Shown piece by piece: positions 27,002-34,640 of a stretch of DNA of 57,820 nucleotides. The position numbers and the translations under genes are program-made. The stretch spans positions 1 through 57,820 of the IMG/VR virus record IMGVR_UViG_3300023500_000004; one strand, written 5' to 3'. How positions within the stretch are numbered: the stretch's first letter is position 1; each line of letters starts with the position of its first letter. The stretch is from a virus (Duplodnaviria > Caudoviricetes). A model generated the notes under the pieces. It searched no databases. It saw only the letters and a list, made by a program, of their open reading frames with translations, and was not told the origin of the DNA.

Positions 27002-27871
27002 TTAAACTCTCCTATTTATTTCATTAATTAATTCTTCATTATCAAGAATACTTTTATTATCTATTGGTTCTGTAGTCAATAACATCTCGTCTATTAAACT
27101 CATATACAATACATTGTATTTAGCATTATCCCAGTACCTGCATAAATCGCTTTTATATACTATAGGTAGCTGTAACTTATCTTTAAATACAGCGTATATA
27201 CACTCTCTACTACTACCAGATTGTAATAACATAATCTCTTCAAGAGTGTGTGATGTAGCCCAGGCAATGATGGCTAGTAGTATGTCCACCCAATTTAATA
27301 TGTCATGGGCATTTAAAGAGCCGCAGTGTGTTCTAATTTCTATAGAACCAAACTCACATAAAGCAGCAAGATTAAGTCCAGTGTATTTACAGCTAGTGTT
27401 AACCAGACTGCCAACATCTTTAACACTAAAAGCTAAGGCAGCTTGCTTCACTTGTTCAGTTGCAAAGGTAAATCCTGGACAATATATATTACTAGCTCTA
27501 TGTTTACCACTAATGGTGTATAAAGCTGGTTCAAATAAAGCATACAGTTTATAAATTTTCTCAATGTCTAGTATAGTGTAGTTACGCATATCTATATGTA
27601 CATGCAACGATGTTCTGTGAGACAACACACATCTTGTTGTGGACAGGTACTTGGATAAGTTAACTACAGCCCTATCTAATGCCAGTCTACGCATTGGAGT
27701 GGATAAAACAAACTCCCTACCATCTCGCAAAGAGCCATCTCTAACAATATTCCAGCCTTTAAGATCTACTGCATTAATACAATCTCCTTCAACTTCCAAT
27801 TCCAATCCAACTAAAGGTACTTCACTAACCTTTGGTGGTTTTAGCCCAAATATTTCAGCTATTGTTTTCAT
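27002..27871 (-). CDS. phiEco32-like amidoligase (type 2)
   Basis: GLELEVE, DGSLR..EFV, TSLHVH, KYTGLN, GSIEIR. Confidence 0.85.
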   Translation of the reverse strand: MKTIAEIFGLKPPKVSEVPLVGLELEVEGDCINAVDLKGWNIVRDGSLRDGREFVLSTPMRRLALDRAVVNLSKYLSTTRCVLSHRTSLHVHIDMRNYTILDIEKIYKLYALFEPALYTISGKHRASNIYCPGFTFATEQVKQAALAFSVKDVGSLVNTSCKYTGLNLAALCEFGSIEIRTHCGSLNAHDILNWVDILLAIIAWATSHTLEEIMLLQSGSSRECIYAVFKDKLQLPIVYKSDLCRYWDNAKYNVLYMSLIDEMLLTTEPIDNKSILDNEELINEINRRV

Positions 27872-28412
27872 ACACCCAGTCTCCTATTCTTGGAATAAAT
27901 TGTTTTGTGTGTAATTGTATTACACCATCTTTTATAACTTTACCTATAGGCAAGTTTCTGAAGAACAGATAACCTTTTGTTACACACATATCTCTAGTTA
28001 TATTTTTAGTTGAATAACCTTGTTTCTCTAAGAAAAACTTAGCCACCCTAGCTCCCCTTCTTACACCAATGTCAGCTATGGTCACTTCACCACCTTCTTT
28101 AAAACTGTAAGCCAGTAAGTTATGTGTTCTTAACCCCCGTTTCCATTGACGCTCTGCTTTACGTGCTATATACAGCACAGACCCATCTTCATCTTCAAAC
28201 ATACCTAAATCTGTTTGACACAAGGTTATATCATTAATGTGGGTTGATTGACTATCGCTCTCATCAAGGTGTTTATAAAACACATAAGGTTCATTATAAT
28301 CCTCATCGCAAAAAAAATCAGATAGATGGACACACCTATTATTTATTAAAGCATAAGTGCTAGCATAACTAGCGTTCATATCATCTATTGACATTTCATG
28401 CAGCACGTTCAT
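27855..28412 (-). CDS. Conserved hypothetical protein of the amidoligase cluster
   Basis: AAGGAG RBS before ATG 28412; R..RQWKRGL motif. Confidence 0.6.
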   Translation of the reverse strand: MNVLHEMSIDDMNASYASTYALINNRCVHLSDFFCDEDYNEPYVFYKHLDESDSQSTHINDITLCQTDLGMFEDEDGSVLYIARKAERQWKRGLRTHNLLAYSFKEGGEVTIADIGVRRGARVAKFFLEKQGYSTKNITRDMCVTKGYLFFRNLPIGKVIKDGVIQLHTKQFIPRIGDWVYENNS

Positions 28413-29211
28413 CACACATCTCCTTGTTAGACAGGACTTTAAGTATTTGTGGATATAATAGTGCAGCACTTTCAGCATCACACTCATTTATGATGGCTTG
28501 TATTTTCTTTTCATCAGCTATTAAACTAAAGACTGGAAGTAAAGAGGCGTGTCTCTCGACACACAGCTTAGTCATGTTGTAGACATATCTCTGCCTTGCT
28601 GTATTAGTCATCCAGAAATTACCAAGTGTACGGTATTCACCACCATATGGCTTAATGCGAATACAACCAGCCTTACCATACATTGTTCTTCTGAATACAT
28701 CTGTGTCATGCAACACGCTCCACACCCCTAATATGTAGTCCATACACATAGCTATGCGCTTCGTTGTTTCAACATGTGGTGACACATAACTATAATGTAT
28801 ATGTCCCGCTGCTGTCCTTAGACGCTGCTTCGGGTTAGGTTTAGGATTGTATGAGTCAGTGTATACATTGAAGTCGCGGCTACACCCCATAGCCATCTCT
28901 TTACCAGTGAAGCCAAGTAGTTTATCCTTTGTATATCTATGGCTACTCTTACACACCAGTTCATAATTGTTAACTCCAACCTGGTCAGACAATTGCATAT
29001 GAACACTAGCTAATTTACTAAGCCAATCAGATAATGTTATGCAAGGATCTATTGCCATCTCAGCACATACCCCATCTTCTTGTAAGTTTCCATCTTTCAC
29101 TAGCTTTGGGCATTCTTTGCTACCCTTTATAAGTTCATTAACACTCTCGATCTCACCGTCGCGTGAGACAAAGAACTCTACATCACTTCCAATCTGTTTA
29201 AATATTGACAT
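28396..29211 (-). CDS. phiEco32-like COOH-NH2 ligase (type 2)
   Basis: IGSDVEFF, GSKECP, QEDGVCAE, GCSRDFN, RTAAGHIH, RRTMYGKAG, KPYGGEYRTLGNFW. Confidence 0.9.
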   Translation of the reverse strand: MSIFKQIGSDVEFFVSRDGEIESVNELIKGSKECPKLVKDGNLQEDGVCAEMAIDPCITLSDWLSKLASVHMQLSDQVGVNNYELVCKSSHRYTKDKLLGFTGKEMAMGCSRDFNVYTDSYNPKPNPKQRLRTAAGHIHYSYVSPHVETTKRIAMCMDYILGVWSVLHDTDVFRRTMYGKAGCIRIKPYGGEYRTLGNFWMTNTARQRYVYNMTKLCVERHASLLPVFSLIADEKKIQAIINECDAESAALLYPQILKVLSNKEMCDERAA

Positions 29212-29215
29212 CAAT
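29174..29215. repeat. 42-bp exact direct repeat, copy at ligase 5' end
   Basis: AACTCTACATCACTTCCAATCTGTTTAAATATTGACATCAAT, identical at 29544-29585. Confidence 0.95.
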
Positions 29216-29581
29216 TCCTTCCTCTTTCATAACTTCTATCAATTGATTTATATTATCTGGCTTTAAAAGTTCTTTTAAGTTTACTTCATAATAATCTAGC
29301 CCATTTGCTATACTTCTTTGCGCTGGAGTTGGTGTGTAGCCCAATCGGCGGAACACTTCTCTAAATACCTGAGGCCTTTGAGTTAAAAGACTATAGCGGA
29401 TTCCTTGTGGAGAAGTCCGCGCTGCTTCTTCGGGTACCTCAACTACTTGAGTGGGTGCTACATTAACCTTTGTTGCCTGATTAAGAACGGGGGGGATATC
29501 TGCTTGTGTTTCCTGAAGAGATTCGGCGGCCTCAGGTGGGATTAACTCTACATCACTTCCAATCTGTTTAAATATTGACAT
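29198..29581 (-). CDS. Inserted hypothetical protein sharing the ligase N-terminus (MSIFKQIGSDVE)
   Basis: Lies between the two 42-bp repeats; Pro/Gln/Glu-rich; more CpG-rich than flanks. Confidence 0.6.
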   Translation of the reverse strand: MSIFKQIGSDVELIPPEAAESLQETQADIPPVLNQATKVNVAPTQVVEVPEEAARTSPQGIRYSLLTQRPQVFREVFRRLGYTPTPAQRSIANGLDYYEVNLKELLKPDNINQLIEVMKEEGIDVNI

Positions 29582-29585
29582 CAAT
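29544..29585. repeat. 42-bp exact direct repeat, upstream copy
   Basis: Identical to 29174-29215. Confidence 0.95.
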
Positions 29586-30201
29586 CCCATTCCTCTTCAT
29601 CTTCATAAACTTCTGGCCTCTCATCCTCATCCCAATCTTCCAACGTTTCATAGTACTCTTCTAAATCTTTTTCCTCAACCTTGGCTATGCGAACACTTCC
29701 AAAGGTAGTAGTAGGCATTGTTGGTGAAAGGGTTTCTTCTACATAAAAATCTTTATAATTATCTGGTAGATTAAAATCTGGCACAGAATTATAATTCTTA
29801 CTAACTTCATACACTGTTATTTTAAAATCCTCATAACCCTTCCAACTCTTCACTTCATTTATATGAACATTATTACTAGCGTTGCTTAACAGTTTATAAA
29901 ACCCCTTATATACACCCATTTCCATGTCATATTCAGCACACGTAGTTATGAGTTTCCATGTATATTTTTCTGGACTATGCAAAGCGGCTCTTTGTTTACA
30001 CAAGTAATGAAGCAAGCAATTGAACATAGCCTCTCTGGACTCATTAGAATTGGCGTTGCAGGAGATATTACCTAAGCTAACAGTAGAACAATCTGCTATT
30101 AGATTTACACAGTCTATACTCAGTCTAGGCCTATCCCCCCATGCATCTACAGCAGGACTGTACAAGGTTAGTCGTGTGCCATAATTATTGTAATCAAACA
30201 T
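29581..30201 (-). CDS. Hypothetical protein with strongly acidic C-terminal tail
   Basis: GAGGT RBS; ends EEKDLEEYYETLEDWDEDERPEVYEDEEEWD. Confidence 0.7.
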   Translation of the reverse strand: MFDYNNYGTRLTLYSPAVDAWGDRPRLSIDCVNLIADCSTVSLGNISCNANSNESREAMFNCLLHYLCKQRAALHSPEKYTWKLITTCAEYDMEMGVYKGFYKLLSNASNNVHINEVKSWKGYEDFKITVYEVSKNYNSVPDFNLPDNYKDFYVEETLSPTMPTTTFGSVRIAKVEEKDLEEYYETLEDWDEDERPEVYEDEEEWD

Positions 30202-30232
30202 GTTATTACCTCGTTGTGGCTATGACGGCCAG

Positions 30233-30364
30233 TTAATTTTGTTGTGCCCATTGTGCGGCACAACCTGTTATTACCCACAACATACCAGCATTATCCATAC
30301 TGATATGACAAGCGTGTGCATACCTCTTAATACACCTAATTTGTTTATAAGCTCTTGATTGCAT
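30233..30364 (-). CDS. Small early protein, 43 aa (MQSRAYKQIRC...)
   Basis: GAGGA RBS; fills the intergenic gap. Confidence 0.5.
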   Translation of the reverse strand: MQSRAYKQIRCIKRYAHACHISMDNAGMLWVITGCAAQWAQQN

Positions 30365-30369
30365 GTTAT

Positions 30370-30516
30370 TTATTCCTCGTGAGTTGCAATTAAATATATT
30401 AATATAAACTCAACCGATATAGTTAGTGCGATTAAGTTTAAAGGTATGCTCAATACCACAAGAACAAGGCTAATGATAAGAATACTTATCATAATATTAT
30501 CTCTTATTGATTGCAT
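30370..30516 (-). CDS. Small hydrophobic early protein, 48 aa
   Basis: AAGGGA RBS; MQSIRDNIMISILIISLVLVVLSIP... Confidence 0.45.
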   Translation of the reverse strand: MQSIRDNIMISILIISLVLVVLSIPLNLIALTISVEFILIYLIATHEE

Positions 30517-30578
30517 GACACTATCCCTTTTAGTTAATGGTGGCCAATAGAATTGTATTTAAGACAAAGGCGTGAGTG

Positions 30579-31046
30579 TTAAGCCATAGCTTTTAATACG
30601 GTTTTACCTTCATCACTCAATTCATGTTCTTCACTGAAAGCTTGGAGCTTCTTAACTAAGCTTAATACGGCCGCCTTCTCATTCCACACACTAGCTTCCG
30701 TATCTTTCTTCTCATAGAATGGTTCAGCATTAGCCGCCATTACAATAGCAATCTTAGCAAAGCTATTGATTTGTGGCATCTTACCAACATAACCACCTAA
30801 GCCAGCATATGCTTTCTTATTCCACCTAACTTTAACATGCTTAGTAATCCAGAGCTTCAAGGCATTACCCCGACTACTCTTAGGCATAGCCTTAACAAGA
30901 TTTGTTAATACATCCTTATCACCATGCTGTAAGAAGTGCGCAATACCAGCAACACCAACGGCATGTATATGTTCATCAAGCTTCGTGCCAGCTTGTAAGA
31001 TTAGTTCGGTTGTTTCCTTTGATTGCTTAATAGTTAGAATGTTCAT
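30579..31046 (-). CDS. First early-arm protein, hypothetical
   Basis: 155 aa, AAGGTGA RBS, HGD..L..L..AM...R..AL..W pattern seen in phage early proteins. Confidence 0.75.
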   Translation of the reverse strand: MNILTIKQSKETTELILQAGTKLDEHIHAVGVAGIAHFLQHGDKDVLTNLVKAMPKSSRGNALKLWITKHVKVRWNKKAYAGLGGYVGKMPQINSFAKIAIVMAANAEPFYEKKDTEASVWNEKAAVLSLVKKLQAFSEEHELSDEGKTVLKAMA

Positions 31047-31410
31047 GTTGTTTCACCTTTTGTTTAATGTATAGGTACTAGGATAGTGCCTATATCTAAA
31101 CAATCTATCAATGCAAGAATGTCATACAATGCACGACATTAAAACAAGGATAAAAATTGAATAGAGTTTGTATTGTTTAGGCAGGTTGAGGCGCTAGCCC
31201 TATTGCTGCTCGTTAATCACACGAGAATGAGTGCCCAAACGTACCAGCTACCCACTTCAAACGACATGAACATAATGCTCCAACACTCACAAAGCTAATG
31301 CTATCACAATTATGTAGATATCATTCTACAAACCATTATTAAACGAATGGAATACGTTACAACTAAACCATAGTTGTTATGTGCCTAACCTAAGTTAGGA
31401 TGCTTGTTAT
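31047..31410 (-). ncRNA. Candidate structured early leader RNA / ncRNA
   Basis: ORF-free, at least 7 hairpins plus long-range pairings; some stems pair fully only on the minus strand via G-U; downstream of a sigma70-like promoter. Confidence 0.4.
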
Positions 31411-31412
31411 AA

Positions 31413-31440
31413 AGCTTAAACTAATATAAACATAAGTCAA
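31413..31440 (-). promoter_or_regulatory. Putative early sigma70 promoter
   Basis: TTGACT-16 bp-TAAGCT on minus strand. Confidence 0.5.
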
Positions 31441-31503
31441 GCTTTATTTTTAATCTATTCTAATCCCTTATTACACATTCGGTTCAATCCGTGAACACTG
31501 TTA

Positions 31504-31531
31504 ATAGTACATGAATATAATAATAATGCAA
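31504..31531 (-). promoter_or_regulatory. Putative early sigma70 promoter
   Basis: TTGCAT-16 bp-TACTAT on minus strand with AT-rich upstream DNA. Confidence 0.4.
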
Positions 31532-32042
31532 GACTAAATAGTTATAATAAACTTGATTGTTATGTAGATTATGATGGCTTGTTTATATGTATATATAGAG
31601 TCTGATCTTGACTAACATAATAATGTACATAATACAAGGGTCATTTCACCTAGCATAATGTATGCCAAACTAATATCTATTTTTAGGGAGGGCAACGTAT
31701 AGCATATCCATAGAACGCCCAGCACAGAGCAATATAGACATCTTCTCAAACATCATGCCAACTGTGTTTAAAGTGTAGAACTAATTGGTATAATAACCTA
31801 GATAATATCTGTTCTTTATAACTATATGTTATATGTATTAATGCTTATTAAAACAATGGTTTATATTCTTTATGGTTATAGTGAGGGGGAGTTATAGTAA
31901 TTACTCTAATTTCTTTAAGCTGGCCATTATTTTATACTTAGGATTATTAAGCCATTATGTATTAGAAGATACTGATATACATATAAGGAATGCTAGTGAG
32001 TGCTAACATTTATTTAATGCATGAGCATGAGTATAAAAGCTT

Positions 32043-32070
32043 TAAGGGGGGTAAGGGGGTAAGGGGTAGG
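32043..32070 (+). repeat. G-run tandem repeat TAAG6-TAAG5-TAAG4-TAG2
   Basis: Read directly from the sequence. Confidence 0.85.
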
Positions 32071-32169
32071 TTTTTATAGTGCATTGAACCTTAAATAATT
32101 CTCAGAGAAATTATGTATATGAGCAGAAATATATATGCGGGGGTATATTGTATATTCCCACCCTCCCTA

Positions 32170-32222
32170 AATACCTGAGTGTATTTCCTCTTGAGGAGGA
32201 AGAAAAGAAGTGCTCAGGTATT
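32170..32222. repeat. Inverted repeat / long hairpin
   Basis: AATACCTGAG...CTCAGGTATT enclosing TTCCTC-TTGAG-GAGGAA. Confidence 0.8.
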
Positions 32223-32292
32223 AAACCCTATCGTGTTATTACAAGGACTAGTGTAACTCTATATATTAATTTTGTAAAGAATTGTTAATATC

Positions 32293-32323
32293 TGTGCGGT
32301 TTAGAGAAAAGTATGTTATAATA
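32293..32323 (+). promoter_or_regulatory. Putative late promoter for the packaging/head operon
   Basis: TGTGCGGT-N12-ATGTTATAATA; perfect extended -10, non-canonical -35; second copy at 24286. Confidence 0.65.
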
Positions 32324-32612
32324 CTTATATAAAGTAATTAAACATATAAGCATTCTTCTTAAAAGAATGCGTAATTATATAATTATTCATTACATTCATA
32401 ATCATTAATTACATACAAACCTTTAAGGGTTTGTATAAGTATAAGTATTAATATTAAACATTGTCTACTTCCTTGTAGACAAGATCTTTTATAACTTCAT
32501 CCCTGAAGTTATGTAACAATAGCTTTGCAGACAAACTACGTTTTCTGCTAGCTTTAATCTTTTAATCCATGCAGACCAAATAGTCTGCTCATTTGCATAG
32601 CAGCATTGCTGC
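32322..32612 (+). repeat. Array of short, sequence-unrelated inverted repeats upstream of terS
   Basis: Stems at 32322-36, 32350-70, 32372-85, 32413-36, 32461-82, 32491-512, 32527-48, 32571-88, 32600-12. Confidence 0.85.
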
Positions 32613-32622
32613 CAAGGTTTGT

Positions 32623-33111
32623 ATGAAAAAGTATAAAGGTAATGGTAACAAATGGATTACTCAAGGATTATTCCTTGAAGTTAGCCAAACACCTGCATCT
32701 ATCTTATACACTCTGCAAACTTGGGATAAAGCTTACAAAGGTAAGCCAGTGTTAAGTTTGCATAAGCTATATGTAGAGATGGAAGATATAGCTGAGTTTG
32801 ACTTTGCTAACAAGTATTTTGGTAACTATGAGCATTGGCTTAGGATTAAATGTAAAGTATTCTTTAAACCTTATTACACAGCTATGGTTAAAGAGTTGAA
32901 TGCTAAGTTACGTAGTAGAAGTATGAAGACAATGTTACAGCAAGTTGCTGATGGCACTGCTACACAAGCTACATTGAAGTTCTTAGCTAATTATGAATAT
33001 GATGTTATTAAAGGTGCTGGTAGACCAAGCAAGCAGCATGTAGAGAATGAAGTTAAGAAGGAAGCAAAGCTTCATACAATCTATTCAAATGATCTAGAAC
33101 GGATTAAATGA
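32623..33111 (+). CDS. terS: Putative terminase small subunit (segment A)
   Basis: Immediately upstream of and ATGA-coupled to terL; GRPSK C-terminal motif; start moved to ATG 32623. Confidence 0.65.
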   Translation: MKKYKGNGNKWITQGLFLEVSQTPASILYTLQTWDKAYKGKPVLSLHKLYVEMEDIAEFDFANKYFGNYEHWLRIKCKVFFKPYYTAMVKELNAKLRSRSMKTMLQQVADGTATQATLKFLANYEYDVIKGAGRPSKQHVENEVKKEAKLHTIYSNDLERIK

Positions 33112-34640
33112 CTAACACTGTAGATGAGATAAGACAACTAGCGTTAGCTGATCTATATACATTTGCTAAGCTTGTACACCCTGAGAGGGAGTATGGTGAG
33201 TTGCATAAGGAAGTGTTTAGATGGCTTCAAGCAGTAAAGACACCAAACCAACTACTCTTATTGCCGCGTGCTCACATGAAGAGCCATTGTTTAGAAGTGT
33301 GGTGTTGTTGGTGGATTACTAAACATCCAGATACATCTATTATGTATGTGTCAGCAACTACAACACTAGCAGAAGCACAGCTATATGCAATTAAGAACAC
33401 TCTAACTTCTAAAGTATATAAAAGATATTGGCCTGAGATGGTTAATGCTGAAGAAGGTAAGAGAGAGAAGTGGACTACTGGAGCTATCTCTGTAGACCAC
33501 CCAAAGCGTCTAGAAGAGGGTGTTCGTGATTTCACCATCTATGCTGCAGGTTTAACTACAAACACCACAGGGCTACACTCAGACGTTATAGTGGCAGATG
33601 ATGTAGTTGTCCCAGACAACGCTTACACAGAAGATGGTAGAGCTAAGTGTTCTGCAGCTATGTCACAAATGGCTTCAATCTTAAACACTGGTGGTATGGT
33701 TAAGGCTTGTGGTACACGTTATCACACAGCAGATCAATACAGCATTTGGAAAGAACAGAGGATTGATGTATATGGTGATGACGGTGAAACAGTTGGTACA
33801 GAAGATTTGTGGGATCTTAAAGAAGAGGTTGTTGAAACTGATGGAGTATTTATCTGGCCGCGTACAGCCAGAGCTGATGGAAAACTCTTTGGTTTTAATA
33901 AGCAAGAGCTTAACCGCATTAGTGCCATGTATTCAGACCGTATCCAGTTCTATGCACAATATTACAATGACCCCAACGATCCAGAAAGCCAGAGATTCGA
34001 TATATCAAGATTTCAATACTATGACAAAAAGCATCTTAGCAATACCAACGGTAAATGGTATTTTAAAGGAGATAAGCTTAACGTGTATGCAGGTATTGAC
34101 TTCGCCTTCTCATTAAATAAGAAGGCAGATTATTCTGCAATAGTTGTAGTAGGTGTTAATAGTTCACATGAAATATTTGTATTAGATATAGATAGATTTA
34201 AAACAGATAAGATTATTGACTATTATAAGAAGATTGAAGAGATGCACATAAAGTGGTCTTTCAGACGTTTAAGAGCTGAAGTAACTGTAGCTCAAGTTGT
34301 TATAGTAAGAGATTTAAAAGATAGGTTTAGAAGTAATGGTAGCTTAATAAGTATTGATGAGCATAGACCTACTAGACAGCAAGGTAGTAAGGAAGAGAGG
34401 ATAGCAGCAGCACTTGAACCTAGATATGAAAATCAACAGATGTGGCATTACAAAGGTGGATATATACCAGTGTTAGAAGAAGAGTTGATCAGAGCACGAC
34501 CACCACATGATGATATTAAAGATTGTCTTGCATCTGTTGTTGAGACAGCTAAGGCTCCAAGAGATTACAACTCTTCTATACAAGAGAATGATAATGTGGT
34601 TTTATTCAATAATAGATTTGGAGGAGTGGCTTACCGATGA
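33108..34640 (+). CDS. terL: Terminase large subunit (segment A)
   Basis: PRAHMKS Walker A variant, VADD Walker B, GTRY coupling motif, QYYN, GIDFA nuclease Asp, HDDIKD. Confidence 0.92.
   Translation: MTNTVDEIRQLALADLYTFAKLVHPEREYGELHKEVFRWLQAVKTPNQLLLLPRAHMKSHCLEVWCCWWITKHPDTSIMYVSATTTLAEAQLYAIKNTLTSKVYKRYWPEMVNAEEGKREKWTTGAISVDHPKRLEEGVRDFTIYAAGLTTNTTGLHSDVIVADDVVVPDNAYTEDGRAKCSAAMSQMASILNTGGMVKACGTRYHTADQYSIWKEQRIDVYGDDGETVGTEDLWDLKEEVVETDGVFIWPRTARADGKLFGFNKQELNRISAMYSDRIQFYAQYYNDPNDPESQRFDISRFQYYDKKHLSNTNGKWYFKGDKLNVYAGIDFAFSLNKKADYSAIVVVGVNSSHEIFVLDIDRFKTDKIIDYYKKIEEMHIKWSFRRLRAEVTVAQVVIVRDLKDRFRSNGSLISIDEHRPTRQQGSKEERIAAALEPRYENQQMWHYKGGYIPVLEEELIRARPPHDDIKDCLASVVETAKAPRDYNSSIQENDNVVLFNNRFGGVAYR

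Noticed and set aside
10178-29585. Repeats as diversity-generating retroelement template/variable pairs
   Set aside because: The copies are exact rather than adenine-variable, sit at gene 5' ends, and no reverse transcriptase is encoded.
30242-30265. TGTGCGGC as a third copy of the late promoter motif
   Set aside because: Mismatch at position 8, no ATGTTATAAT at 12-nt spacing, and it lies within a small ORF/hairpin.
31480-31491. CGGTTCAATCCG resembles a tRNA T-arm
   Set aside because: No acceptor stem, D-arm or anticodon arm can be built around it.
31998-32006. GAGTGCTAA is a CIRCE half-site
   Set aside because: The matching TTAGCACTC arm 9 bp upstream is absent.
32322-32612. Hairpin array as a CRISPR array
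   Set aside because: The units share no repeat sequence or fixed period, and no cas genes are present.
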